A DNA stretch of 62,102 nt, filler included, from Asterionella formosa (lineage: Eukaryota): assembly GCA_002256025.1 (NCBI GenBank). It is 17 parts of 17 records of this genome, joined end to end, with 100 filler letters (N's around TTAATTAATTAA, not from the genome) between each part and the next. Parts side by side here need not be neighbours in the genome. Positions count along the whole stretch, not along the records: positions 22,008 to 25,575 come from NKIB01014052.1; positions 25,676 to 29,238 come from NKIB01014053.1; positions 29,339 to 32,895 come from NKIB01014055.1; positions 32,996 to 36,551 come from NKIB01014056.1; positions 36,652 to 40,206 come from NKIB01014057.1; 12 more parts are not named here. One strand, 5' to 3'. A model generated the notes under the pieces. It was not told the origin of the DNA. It was given only the letters and a program-made list of their open reading frames with translations, and did not search any database. The translations under genes were made by a program, and so were the position numbers. Within the stretch, counting starts at the first letter, position 1; each line of letters opens with the position of its first letter. Below are positions 24,988 to 38,552 of this stretch, piece by piece.

Positions 24988-25675
24988 CTCAACTGCCTTT
25001 CTAACGCTAGCTTGTATAATGCCTTTTCTATCTACACCTTTGTAAACGATTTCGGTGTCGAGAAAAGAAATGTGATCATGAGGGGGTGAATCAGCTTGAA
25101 ATTTATTTCGGCATCACCATGGTACAGTACCGGGGTAATAGTAGGTCTAGGTGTATAGATATGTACGGGTATATCGGAGTGGAGTACGTATTATTATTCA
25201 ATTTGCCTATGTACGGTACGGTATCTCCTGTACTCAATAAATTTAGGGGCAATTTAAAGAAGAATATCTTGCGTTGTGGAATCTATACACAGTACTGTTT
25301 AACTAATTCATACTCCTGTGAATAATACGACTATATAGCCCTAGGCTCTCTCCTACATACATAAGTACATTTGAATTACCGGAATGCTCTACCGGTAGTC
25401 GTGCTACTGCCTGTACATATGAAGTCTGAATAATGGCCAGCCAGCAACTGGCATGCTCCTTGCTGCCTTTTCTGTGACCATCATTGGACGATCCTCCGTT
25501 CAAACATGCCGCAGAACAACGAAGGTGTCAAAGTTCCCGAATATGGAGGGAACACCAGTATGTGCTCGTACCCTCNNNNNNNNNNNNNNNNNNNNNNNNN
25601 NNNNNNNNNNNNNNNNNNNTTAATTAATTAANNNNNNNNNNNNNNNNNNNNNNNNNNNNNNNNNNNNNNNNNNNN

Positions 25676-28600
25676 CAATGCAAGAGTCGTAAGGGTTTAA
25701 CACAAAACCCATCTCTTTTAGGGTGTTGTGGAATAAATCATACCATAGTAGGGCAGACTTGACGCACCCATAGATCGCTTTCACTAGCCTGACGTACAAC
25801 ACCTTGTTTCCTTTCTCGTTGGACACAAATTCGTGTGCTCTGGGTTCATGTTGCATAATATATCGACTGATTCACCAGTGAATTTCATGACAACGAAATC
25901 ATCCATATCTGCTTTCAAATACGCACCCGCCACATCTGCTGTGGCGACATCTCTTCCTTCATGTGCATCAATCATGATGGACAACATGAGTGCATCGGTG
26001 GATACTGTTGGAGATGCCGTCTGCGACTTGTCATAAAGCGATCGCTGCGGTCTCCCGTCAGCTACTGTACTTCCCTTGAGGCGCCAGTCCCTCTTCTCTT
26101 TGATGAGATTGATGGCTCGGAGCGCTCCCATCCTCTGTTCCCTGGTAAGGGAGTTCGCACTTACGGGTTCGTACACATCCAGCTCCTCTAGTTATGCAAA
26201 TTCTTTCATCAGGGCGGCCTCTGCCGCTTTCCCGTGTTTCTTTATTCCCGCCTTCGCGGTCATCTGGTTCATTACATACCCAAAAATATGTTTACTTGTG
26301 TTGTCGTCTGCGTATGGCATCGTTGTTCGAAATCCTCGTTGTACGAACTGTCTTGGTGGAAAGTATGACTTGTTGCTATGCGGACATCAATGGCCTGCTT
26401 GAACTGTTCACTTATGGCTGCCCGGCGTGGTTGTCGGAGATTATATGGTCTGTGTTCCTCTTCCGCCAACGCTCCTTGATCTACCACCTCGTAGTCGTTG
26501 TCAGAACCCCCGCTTCTTGATTGGCTACTTCAATGATCGCTGTCTCTTCCATAGGCGCTCCTTGGTTTTCGTCGATAGGCGCCCCTTGTTCCAAGTGCGC
26601 TCCTTGGTTTTCGTTGTGTTCTTGTTGTATGTAGTCATCGTAGACAAACGCGACGTCATCAATGTCGATCGTGTTTGTGTTTGGGTCTCCTGGGTTCGGC
26701 TCGACTGGATTTGGCTCGGCTAGCGGTGCATCGTCCAAAGCCGTAGGGTGTGGCCCGTCATGGAGCAGATCGGCAACTTCGTGATCATCGATGGCATCAA
26801 AGTCCGTGGGGTTAAAATCGTCAATAGGTTGGCGTGCGGCAGGCTTGTAGTCCCGGTCGTATTCGTCGTTGTCGATGTGGTGATTGGCGCGCCATTATAC
26901 AACTAGGCCTCTGACCTGGATGGGGGGCTGCCCCTCGTGTACCGTGAGCGCCTCCACGCGGGCAATGGCGGTGTCCGTCATGGGCAACTCCGTCCAGTTG
27001 TGTCGGGAAATCTTTTTGCCGGTTGCGAGAGACATGAAGTAGTAGTCACCTTGGGCATTGCCAGTGGGGGTGAGGGCAATTGCCCCGAGGGAACGCGCTT
27101 GAAGGGTGTTGGATGGGTCGTTGTCTTCAAAAACTTGGACGTCCCAAACTCAATGCGCATTTGGTTGTATTCTGGGTTGGCAGCGCCCGTGACAATGCAT
27201 GCAGGGCTCATGGTGTCTGAGATGCCGTTTGCCCATGGGAACTGGTTTAGACATCGAACGGCATCGATCACCATATGGTTGATGATCACCCGTGGAAGAC
27301 GCTTGAAAGGTAGGCCGTGTGCACACGAGCGTAGTCGCTCCTTGATGGTTCGGATGGACCGTTCCACTTCACCAACGTGACTGTCAGCAGGTACAATGTT
27401 TAATGCGATAGGTTGCAAGTCCTCACGAACGCACTCGAGTTGGACCGCACTCCGAATTTTGCGTAGAATGGTAGTCTTGGTCCGGTCGGGAACCAGGTCC
27501 ACGGTTCGGAAACCAATACCGCGTGAGATGGTATGAAAAAATGGTAGACCCTGCACAAAGAAGAAATCGGCGCACAACGTCACGTTGTGGTGATGCTCCA
27601 GGATTGGGGCAGGAATCGGTTCGGCCACAAACGTTGGCGCTCTTGGAGCGGCGCGCGACCGCGTAGTTTTACCTTTTATGGCAGCGATGTCTGGACCGTA
27701 AATAATGAGGGCGCGCTTGGCGTCGTCTGGCGTCACTGGGCAATTTCTAATCAAGTTGTTCCGTAGGATGGATTGGAATTCCGCCTCGGCAGGCCGCCCG
27801 ATCTTTCTATACAAAACTCTGGCTGCATTGGCTGATTGAATTTCACGTTGTGAGAATAGTTTCTTCTGTTCTGCTACTGTGGATAGCATGGTATAACCTG
27901 TAACACTGTCGTTAGTATCGTTGTTGCAACTAAACACATATAGTCCTGAGGGGTGCTCAAGAAATTTCATCACAGTTCCATCGAGTCTATGGACAAGCAT
28001 CGCGGGCTCGTCCGCAGAGTCCATGGTGACGCGGCATACCTTGCGCACCTCAGCAAGGGAGAGGATGTTGGCAATTGATTCACGGTTGTACCAAACCTTA
28101 CCCAAGTTGGGAAAATCTCCTACCATGTTGGAGTCCTGGTAGCCTCCATTTGTGAGCGCCCTGAGTACGTAAGAGCTACGCCGGATGTTGCTGAGCATGT
28201 CGGTGTTCTTGAACACGGAGATTGTCGACTGCGAGTCGAGAAGGATCCACTTAGGATCAATCCCAGGGTCGCCGGTCTGTGCAAGCATGTATGCATACTG
28301 CGTCAATGTAGTGCCTGAGTTCGTCGATCCCTGCCTGTCAGGGCAGTCTCCCACGTAGTGTCCTAGGCTTTGGCAGTTGTAACAGATGATGCCATCATGT
28401 AACACTCCATTATTGCCTGCGATTTCGCCACGGCCGTTGCGCAAACGTCATTGCACTGGCCTCAGGGCTTCCAGTCGGCTGGGAGCGTGGTGTATCTGTC
28501 CTGACGCTGGTGTTTGTTGGAGTTCTGTAGTTGACGAGAAGGCTTTGTGCTGACAACAAATCGGTGGGGTACTGGTCAATTCCCATTGCATACTGGTTTG

Positions 28601-29238
28601 ACAGGTCAGTGATGAGGGTGCCATACCTGGTGGGGTCAGCACTTCGAATCAAAGCGATTGCAAGGGTGCGTTCACGTGCAATCTCCTTTCGCTCTTCAGT
28701 GCTACGCCCATTCCCGTCGTGATCCTGGAAGGGTACCAGTTTGTAATTTGCTGCCACGGTACCGCCATGGTACTCGATGGTCTCAGCCCATCCTCGCAAA
28801 CACTCGACGTAGTCTTCTGCGGACTGTCCTTGTAACTGACGACAATTGAGGAAACTGGTCTGGGCGTCCAAAAGTGCAATGAAACCATTCCTGCTCTGAT
28901 CGAACTGTAAAGTAATCGACTTGATCTGTTTTAGAAGCCAAAAGCAATCGTTGTTGGCAGTCTTGTCCTTGTAGTCATCGTGCGTTTTGACCTTTGCCTT
29001 CATGTCATCACTACACTGGCCCCAAATCACCGCATACACTGTTGCTAGGTTGCTCTTCAGGGTATGATTGCGCTTGACATACGTTTTTACTTCTTCTGCG
29101 AAAATCATTTTCATGGTCAGTCCTGCATCGTCATCTAGGTCATCTGGCATGTCTACCATGGGAACCGCCATGGTGTCGGCAAACAAAGGGGCAAGGTCTT
29201 CAGAGTACTTCAGTGTTTTCCTCACATATCCGTCTAGA
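25676..29238 (-). mobile_element. Ty1/Copia (CoDi-like) retrotransposon internal region, defective
   Basis: Gag, Zn knuckle CYNCQSLGHYVGDC, protease WILLDSQST, integrase LCADFFFV...HVGEVERSIRTIKER and RT ADVAGAYL/KAIYGCVKSALLWY, in Copia order. Several frameshifts; the central integrase segment appears deleted. Confidence 0.93.
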
Positions 29239-29859
29239 NNNNNNNNNNNNNNNNNNNNNNNNNNNNNNNNNNNNNNNNNNNNTTAATTAATTAANNNNNN
29301 NNNNNNNNNNNNNNNNNNNNNNNNNNNNNNNNNNNNNNGGTGAGGCACAAGCAAGTGATGGCTGATTTTGGTTACTAGTGCTTTAAACACAAAAGGATTC
29401 TTGATTCCTGATTCCCAATTAGGTTTCCACTTTTGTGCATATTTCATAGACAACATTTCCCTACTATGTTCATTGTGTTTGATGGAACAACACACAATTA
29501 TGTACCAAGATAAATAACCTTCAGACATTTGATAAAGAACATGTTGACTACCGGTAGTGAACTCAAAGCACCCACAGGAAAGAGGGTATACTGATAGTAA
29601 ATCTCAAATGGTGAAAGGCAGGTTTCCTCAATGTTTACCAACCTAGTTCACAATACCTTAAACTGAGAGTGATAGGAGAGATTAATCAGTTTTTACAAAG
29701 GATTGATGAACAATCAAATAATCATCCTATTGGTGACACCTGAAAGAAGTATTCAGTCAAGGAACAATCATGTCCTAGAATCTATATAGTAGGCTAGATG
29801 GATATATATACTAGCTATGTTGCAAGGAAGAGGATGTAATCTACTTTGCTACACCTGTA

Positions 29860-30615
29860 CCATTCAATTATTGGCATGTTGATGTACTTGTCCACAAATG
29901 CCCTGCCAGACATTGCTTATGATGCCATTCATCAAGCTGCTAGATTCTGCCACAGCACATAAAACCATGGGGCTTAGTATCATGTTGAATCCAACAAACA
30001 ACAAGTAGATTGTTATGTCAACGCCGATTTAGCTGGTCTCTTTGCTGTGGAAAATAATGAAGATCCATTTTGGTCAAGTCCCATACTGGATATGTTGTGG
30101 CTGCTGTGCAAACAAGGCAGCCCTCTCCTCTTGATATCCAAGATGCAGACTCAAATTGCTGACAATAGTGGTAGCGACCATGATGGAGGCCAAATATGTG
30201 GCTCTTTCTCCTCAGGCGATGCGCAACCTCATTCCAATTTGTGAATTACTCAAAGAATTCTTGGCCATTATCTTCGAAATTCAACCAAGTATTGCGTATC
30301 ATGCGCATTCCAAATCATTCATGAATGCTGCTTCTGAGCAAGGTTACTGTTCCCTATCATGCCTTTGATCAATCAATCCGCTATGAGGATTACCATGCTT
30401 TTCTATTTGCGCGCATGGCACAATTATCTCCTTACAAAAAACACATCGCCATTCCATATCACTGGTTTCGCATGAAGATTGTCAGCAAGCCTATTGACAC
30501 AAAAGAACAGCGCGCCAATCAGTTCACCAAGCAACTATCTATACACTGTCAAATTTCAGGTTGATCGTCTGCTTCTTATGGGTTGGTGACCACAAATTAT
30601 TTTGGTTGAGAGGGA
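29860..30615 (+). mobile_element. Degenerate Copia RT C-terminus/RNase H with probable PPT
   Basis: IIGMLMYLSTN.PDIAY, CYVNADLAG, EAKYVALS, KHIAIPYHWFR and IDTKEQRANQFTK, with stops. Purine tract gagaggga at about 30607. Confidence 0.8.
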
Positions 30616-31559
30616 TAGTAACAAAAGTATTAGTGATGCATGGTTTACATAGCTAGTATGTATATTATTATTTCATTGCCGGTTATGCAAACGTTACGAT
30701 GGAATATTATAAGATGGGGATGTCAGAGTTGGATATTTGGTTTTGAATCAAATATACTGCCATCACTAGCTCCTCCCTTTATCGCTATCACTTCCAGTAT
30801 GTAGTATATAGCTCACAATTTCTTTAGGAATTAGTCGTCATTACAAATCTTCCGCTGCTATTACAATCTAGAATAACCTCAAGAGTCCACGTCATCCTGG
30901 AGGAGCGTTGATTTAGCAGAAAATTGACTGGCAGGTCTATCCAATGCAGTTTTGGCTGACATCCAACAATCCACCAAGATTCTGATTCTTGAGAAGGACA
31001 AATTCTCCTTCATAAAGTGAATTTGATAACAAAGCTTCTATAGCTAAATATAGAGTTTCTACTGTTGACTAGCTAGTAGTGCACTACTAGCTGTTTCTTG
31101 AATAGTAGCAATAACATCTTGTTTCTTATTAGCTATCATCCTGGATGAGACTTGTTGTAAACAAAGAACAAGCAATTCACATTGAGAATACCATGGTGAG
31201 TCGGAGGTTCAGCCATCACAAAACAAGGGACCTGATAGCTTGCTGAATCACCAGCCAGGAGTCGACTATCAAAATTGGGAACAAACAAATTAATCGCTTC
31301 TCTAAAAAAGCTAGTAGATGACATTCCCATGGGTGACATGGTGGTAGGAGATCAAAACTCCTACCTGTATGACTGGGTGCACAAAGAAGACTAAAGTTTG
31401 GGTAGCCATAGTAGCTACTAGTAGATCTGGTATGTTATTTTTTAAACTTTCGGTTGGATGCATATTCTATCATTTCATTACACTTGCTTTGTTCCATCTG
31501 ACATTGGTGGCAAATATCTCCAGATCTACTTTGTTTCCTGTGTGCACCGATAGCTTTAG

Positions 31560-32250
31560 GGACTACCTCTATCAATGAAAGAAATCGTTCAGCCTTGGAA
31601 TTAAACCTGAAATAAAAGGAATCAACACCAACAAGGGGAATAACAAGAAGGAGTGAGTGCAACTGTGTGTTTTGCATGAGATTCCTGCAGTCATAAATAT
31701 TTTTATGGTGGGAGGCAAGAGAAAAGGGTTTGCTGCAAGTTCTTTGGGAAAGAGGGTTCATTGACAGCACAAACCTAAACAAATAAACACTTACTGGAAA
31801 GAGAGAACTCGGAATTATCAACAGCTTGAGACACATCATGGGAAAGTGTGCTGCCTTTTTAAATGAACAGGGCATGCTGTAATATATTGTAACCAATATT
31901 GGCATCACAGTCCTCCTGACACCGAAATGTCATGCTGAACTTGCAGGGGAAGCAATAGAGTAACTCCAATGCAAGTGTGTGCCATGTTCTTTCAGAGCAA
32001 ATCCTCACAGTTTGAAGAAAATGAAAGTTCACACAGGGTGCTCATCAGTACTTTATGGCTTACCATGCCATTAATTCTGGTCAAGTTGACCAACAGACTC
32101 AAGACGGCTATTCCAAATATGACCCGCCTGTTGCATTGACATGGCTCATCAATGAGTTCAAGACACATCGATGTCCCTTCTACTTTGACTAAAAGTTGTT
32201 TGGAGTCGCATACTAGATCTAGGTTGGCTACCCAATCGAGTCCAAGCATG
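31560..32250 (+). mobile_element. Degenerate IS630/Tc1-related DDE transposase
   Basis: KGLLQVLWERGFID and VLLTPKCHAELAGEAIE (PxxHxEL..IE catalytic-Glu motif) with in-frame stops. Confidence 0.6.
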
Positions 32251-33916
32251 CACCCAGCCATGAAGACAAGTGCTTCAAGTGTGATAAATCAATCATCGAG
32301 ATGTCAGTATGATGTCAGTGGAAGCTGATCTCATTGCCCAATAAGAAGTGCCAGGAGGGGTCATCCATATTATACTTAATTACCGGGAAACTGTATACCT
32401 TTACCCTGATAATTATATACCCGAACTCGAGTACCAGTACCAGGTACTTTGTGTTTGTGCAGTATACATGATGTAGGAATGCGCGCATTTTCTGATGTCT
32501 GATTGTTCCTCTGGACAATACATATCAGTTGCTTCTTAAATGTACGCACTGGGAACAACAACGCACTTCTTTTAGTCGTCATTGCGACAAGTGTCAAGCA
32601 TTGTCTATCTATCTCTAGATATGTATACACGCATGCCAGTACATATGTAGGATAATATCCAGTTGCTCCTTCATGGGACAGTGCGTCCTATGTACTGTGC
32701 CAGTATGTATAAACACAACTCGCAATTCATCACTGTGACGTATATGCCGGGTACCTGGTAGTGGATTGACAGACGATGACAAAAGTTGTCATCTGAAACA
32801 GGTGGCACGCTGGACTGAAGCTGAAGGCAAGATTTCCAGACGACGAGTCTTGAAGTACCGTAGTTTTCTGAAAATATGTATGTTTCTACGTAACCNNNNN
32901 NNNNNNNNNNNNNNNNNNNNNNNNNNNNNNNNNNNNNNNTTAATTAATTAANNNNNNNNNNNNNNNNNNNNNNNNNNNNNNNNNNNNNNNNNNNNATAGG
33001 CAAGCAAACGAGATAGGAAAGAATCACTCTGTAACCTCATTTTTAGACAAATATATCTGCGCTCCTCATCTTTTTTATTGTATAGTTACGCACGCTTTGT
33101 TGGACATGACATCTGCAGCGAGCTATACTCCATGTTATCCTACTGCCCCAAGCATTTGTCAAACATTCCTGTGTCTGTCATGCATTACATTTTTTCGCTT
33201 CCATAACTCATGACAGTCACAGTTGTTTGGTTGTCTGGAAAATTCCAATACATCATGGAATTAGTTGGAGATTCCAATTGTTACACATCGATGCAGCCAA
33301 ATTTGAAACATTTCTTCTGTTTTCTATATTTTAGGCTTGGCTTGCAAAAATAAGCAGCTAATGAGCAGCAGGAGAATCAAATCAGGATGGCTGCTCATTG
33401 GTTATGGGTAGCAATGAATTCCTACTACTCTTCTGCTTCGTAGGAATATCATGATACCCCTAATTCAATGGTTGTGTATGATTAATACAACTCTACAAAA
33501 AATTGATTGGGTTTATGTTTCTTATTTATTGATCAGCCCAATGCTGGGACTGGCAACAATCTAACAAAATGCCAGGGGATAAACTGAAAGTGGTCGTCAA
33601 ACACAAAAGGGCAAGTTTTTAATTCCTGTTACTCATTGGGTGCTCAGCAGTTACATATTGTCTAAACTAGGAGCTAATTCCCTCTATGCTCGTGGGTGCT
33701 CTCATCTGCAACTCTGGGTTCACAATTTTAAATTAAAGTTCCAAATCACCTGCAGTGTGGAAGCATAGCAATGGGATTGCAATGGTACCATGTCTTGCTA
33801 TTCCTCTGTCATGTCTAGGGTATAGTAACCATGTTAAAGTCATACCTTGGTGAACATAGTAATAACCATTTTATTACTTATTTATTTATTACTATATATA
33901 CCAGTATGTAAATGAA

Positions 33917-33987
33917 TGGAATGGCTTAGTTGGTTGAGCACCTTGCCTTTGATCTGAAGTTGCGTGGTTTGATTCCTCCAATTTTTT
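33917..33987 (+). ncRNA. tRNA-like Pol III head (possible SINE or tRNA pseudogene)
   Basis: A-box TGGCTTAGTTGG at 33922-33933, B-box-like GGTTTGATTCC at 33966-33976, then a T6 run. The cloverleaf is imperfect. Confidence 0.45.
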
Positions 33988-34922
33988 AGAAGCAATTGTG
34001 GAGTTCAACTCCCACATTCGTCACCATCAGTAGCGTGGGAACACACAATCTGGTTTATCTATGAACCATTTAGTGTTGAGCATGGCAGATCCTCGCCTAC
34101 ATGACCAATAGATTCACGTGGAAAAGCTCTTGAGCTTGATAGTGGGCAAGCTAGAGCTGAAACTGTACAGGACTACCTCAACTACGATTCTATAGCAGTT
34201 ACAACGAAGCTACTAAAACGATTTCACGCCCATAGCTGTGAAATGGACTTTGATTTCAACTTCATCATGAATGAACTCAACCAATGCAGAAGCAAAGAGA
34301 TCGGATAGTGCAATTATTTAAATGTAAACATAAAATTTAGTCATATGCATCATCTTATTTATGTACAAACCTTCACTTAAGCTCAAATTATGTTGTACTG
34401 GTACTTACGGTGGTTACCTAATGTAGTTTTAGGATGCACCCAGTAATAGTATTGAAATGTATGTCTTCGTGCCTGCTATATTCCAATTCCAAAATGATAA
34501 ATTTTTATCTCTTCTATATTAATTTAATAAACCAACCTGGCTGGCTTGTTGTTCCCAATCATCTTTAGCTAAATCTGATTTATCCAAAAATATTAAGACC
34601 AATCTGTTTTACTTATTGTTGCATTTGCTTCCATTGATTTTGCTTTATTTTGGATTTTTCTGCGTTATGTAATAGGACTGTTTGACTGTTTTGCTTCATC
34701 CAACTTTGCTTGTCTTTTTTTGCTTTACTAAGTGCTCTAAGTAGCTTTGCTTTGTTTATAAAGCAACGTTACTTACTAAGTGCATCACTATTTTAACCCA
34801 ACTACCATCACAACCGCTAGTATAACGATACTACTGGTAAATAACACAAGATGACTGATGGTGAAGAAAACAATGTATTGCCTAGACGTATGGCTAGATT
34901 CATGCTCACCAGGGCACTGCAT

Positions 34923-35048
34923 CTGACGAAGAGACAGGTCCCATTGTACCATACAGACAAACAAAACCGATATTAATCGTTTCCATTGGTTATGTGGACA
35001 CCAGTGCGATTATTGGATAGCTTTGTTAGCGTACTATAAAATTAAATT
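34923..35048 (+). repeat. Dispersed repeat of about 120 bp, copy 2
   Basis: Aligns with 21019-21137. Confidence 0.8.
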
Positions 35049-36089
35049 TCAATTTCAATCAGACTATGCTTTAAACAATAACATGAATAATTGAAGCATA
35101 ACAAGGTTTGAACAAAGGTATTTATCAACTGAGAATTTATTTATTGGTGTATTGGTATTTTGTGTAGTCGTGGAAGCCGACAAATGGGAAGTATGTCAAA
35201 AATGATGCCCTAATATGTGCCTGCCCTTTCCGAGTGAAATTTCTACTATCAGGACAATTAAAATCTTAGAACCGGCGGGGCTAAGAAGGGGCTGAGCGCA
35301 ACGCGTTTGAGCCACCTTCAGAGCACTACTTGCTGAAACGCTAGTAGGGCTCTTGCTTAATGGCTGCTTCAGACTGGCTGTACCAGTTTTGATTGAATAA
35401 AGGGTCGTCGTTGAATGAGAGTTGCAGTGTAAATGTCTTTTTCCTGCAGAAGTGTGTTGTACTTGTCTGAGACAATTATGGGTTTGAAATGTTTGCTAAT
35501 TGTATTGTGGAGTGTGCTCATGAATGCAATGAACAGGAATATTCCCCAACAGCAACATTGAGTTGCTTGCGTTGACAAGGGTGTTGGCCAACTTATCATC
35601 CATACTTGGAGGATATTTAATGTTCCTTTGAAATTGGTTTTATTCATAAAGAGATGTAAATGACACTTAAATTTTAAAGTATTGGAAATTTTGATGTATC
35701 ATTGCGAAATTGATAATTCTCTATTCCACACAAGCTGATGAGGGAATGAGGATTGACAGTTTCCTATCAAACCAACCTGAAAGCGGAGGTCAGTTGTATG
35801 ATTGTTTCACTTCTCAAATGTGGCTACAAAAGGGCCTATGATTGGTGCTCAAACACTTGATCCTCTGTAAATGGAAGCGAACTATAAAATCGTGTCGCTG
35901 GTGTTCAATTTGCGCTTCTGACGTTCAAAGTTGCTACAGTTCCCCAGGACAACAAAAACAGCCAATCATACAGACAATTTTAGAGTGAATTGATGAAGTT
36001 TTCTATGTAAATAAACGCCTGTCCTGCGTCACGTTATCAATTTCAGCAAAATGACCGCAGCTTGTTGGTACCACCTGGGTATATATATA

Positions 36090-36182
36090 CCGGCAAGTTG
36101 CGGTAATTTTGATGATCTAAAGATTTAGTTTTCTTTATCCTAGATGGAATTGTTGATTTAAGCAAAATGACCGCAACTTGCG
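36090..36182. mobile_element. Small MITE-like element with 19-bp terminal inverted repeats
   Basis: gcaagttgcggtaattttg (36093-36111) and caaaatgaccgcaacttgc (36163-36181), with TA just outside. The same TIR occurs at 13982-14000, 20090-20108 and 36047-36065. Confidence 0.7.
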
Positions 36183-38552
36183 TAACCTGTCATTTTTTTA
36201 GTAGCTTACATATTATGTCGCTCACACCTGATGCATCGTCTATTGCTCAAGATGGTTCCAGCTATTTCCTGTAATATGCTATATGCACGTATCATCAACG
36301 AACGAAGATGACGACGGCATTGCAGAATTTCAAACACATCAGGACGAAGGCTGCAGATGAGCTTGTACACCGCTTCTCGAGCAGGATGTCGTCCAAAAAT
36401 CCAAAAGATACAATATTTCACTAATAGTCAGCGATATTTGGCAGGTGGATCCAAACTGACAGCAAACAACAAGCAGCAAGGAAACAGAAACGCTCGCCGA
36501 ATAGAGGGACGTGCTTCAAACAAATCACCTAGATCTACTCCAAGAGATTTANNNNNNNNNNNNNNNNNNNNNNNNNNNNNNNNNNNNNNNNNNNNTTAAT
36601 TAATTAANNNNNNNNNNNNNNNNNNNNNNNNNNNNNNNNNNNNNNNNNNNNGAGACTTTTTCAAGATAATTTACAGATTAACTCACTGGGGGAACTACTT
36701 TTGAATATATTATGATAGCATCAATAGCAATTTTTTTCTTGTTACCTATATGACAACCACCAATTTCAGGTCACCAGAAGGTATTATGATATAAGATAGT
36801 ATCAATATCTTCGAAAGGACAACATTTCTATTACCTGATTACATTATGTCTTGTATGATTAACCATGCTAAGCATAGCCCTATCTTGATAATTTATAATC
36901 ATCAAGTAAACCTAGGAGGGCCCAATTTTCGCGTACGGGCGCATTGCTCGCATTGTTCTTGATCAGTATACTGTACGTAATATTTACCAGTATCAGTATA
37001 CCAGTATACTGTTGGATTGGAATAAAGTAACTGTAATAATAACTGGTGGGACTCCCCAATACCATACTGCCTCACGTTAGTAGAAGTATAACTGGTATAC
37101 TGCTGGAAGCCAAAAAATGGCTCGCAGTTAACTGCAGTATAAAATCACCGACCTATGCCAGGTACTGTATCTGGTACCACTGCATACCAGATACCGGTAC
37201 CTGGTACCGTTAGTCTACCTGCACAAGTATACCGGTACTGTTATTTATGGACACACAACGGTAACAGGTCTGATACAACCGTAATATAAATCGCTCCGCC
37301 CGTGCCGTAATATGATTTCCACCGGAAATACGTTATTTCGATGATACCACCAGGTACACATCGCTCGACAGGTTCAAGAGTCATGAGAAAAGCCTGATGC
37401 GCCTGCAGTATCCGAACTCCCAAAGGTGCAGCAGGTTGGTAGAGTAAAGCAATCCTTGTTTGCAACATGAGATAAATCGAAATTTCTTTTAGCCGAGCAG
37501 TTTCTGCACTGCTCCAGTTTTGGGAAAGGAAAATAGGTTAGTTGCCATTCACTTTCCCCTGGTCTTACATCTATCTCATATGAAACCATGTAACAAACCG
37601 ATTTTGAATTGCAACTTTCGAACCAGAACTTGATACATTTTTCTTCATATGGTCGCCTTGTTTATTTAAAGTATTATACCATAGAGACTTGACCATGATT
37701 CGTGCTTCCTCTGTTCCCAAGTTTCGGATTTGGTCAAGTGACAATATCTTCAGGTTGCTTGGTAGCGGCATTACATTTGACACAGAGCAGTGTCACGGAA
37801 GTCTAATGGAGCGTTTCCAGAGAGGCAGGAGATGGGAATGCACCCCTTTCTGTATCTGTTGCAGCAGAAGATGCATGAGATCAATGTAAAAACTGATTTT
37901 CTTCAAGTTATGAGTTGTTAGGCGCCTTGCAACAGATTCATCAGCGTTCACTGTCACTCCAGGAGATCTTTGTTGCGTGAAAGCCTTGAGCTTTGTGATC
38001 CACTAGACATCAGGAATGATTCTTTGCTGCCAGGAGACAGAGGAGGACAGCTGTTCCATGTTGTAACCACCATGTTTGAAAGAAAAAGTGGCTGGTTATT
38101 GGAAGTAGCCAACATTGACAAATATGCTGATGATGCTAAAAATCATCATGAATAATTTATAATTTTATATTACGCTATTGTTAACGAACTCAACTTTGAG
38201 GAGGATGTGAAGTCGCACCTGGCCCCCCAGCCAGGGCCCTAGACCTGCTTCTTGTCTGCCACACAGCACCCCGGATCCCTGGGGACTACATAAACAAATT
38301 GCAACTCACTTAAAACACGCTTTCTAAAACCATGGAGTTACACGTGGAATTTCATAGCATGGCCTGCAGACCACCAGTCTGTGTGCTTCCCTAGTTTTGT
38401 GAGCATAGGTGAGTCCCCAACCATCTTCCGCAAAAGGTGATTTTCTTAGCCAGAGCGTTAGGGGAAACTCTGACTGCCTAGGAAGGCGGCACACTTCTTG
38501 TAGGGGGGAAACCCACTTTTCCTTGCACACCAGGCATACAGACTTGTCAGCA

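Noticed and set aside
24517..25089. Antisense or overlapping ORFs over real genes (also 6027-6788, 10338-10889, 42861-43442, 57669-58103)
   Set aside because: Shadow frames of opposite-strand genes or pseudogenes, with no motifs.
28410..28450. Programmed gag-pol frameshift
   Set aside because: No slippery heptamer is evident and the element has other lesions, so decay is more likely.
35727..35800. Hammerhead ribozyme (CTGATGA...GAAA)
   Set aside because: The core words are present but stems I and III do not pair in the required register.
37374..38150. Possible decayed gene on the minus strand
   Set aside because: Coding-like fragments with several stops and no recognisable family, so no call can be supported.
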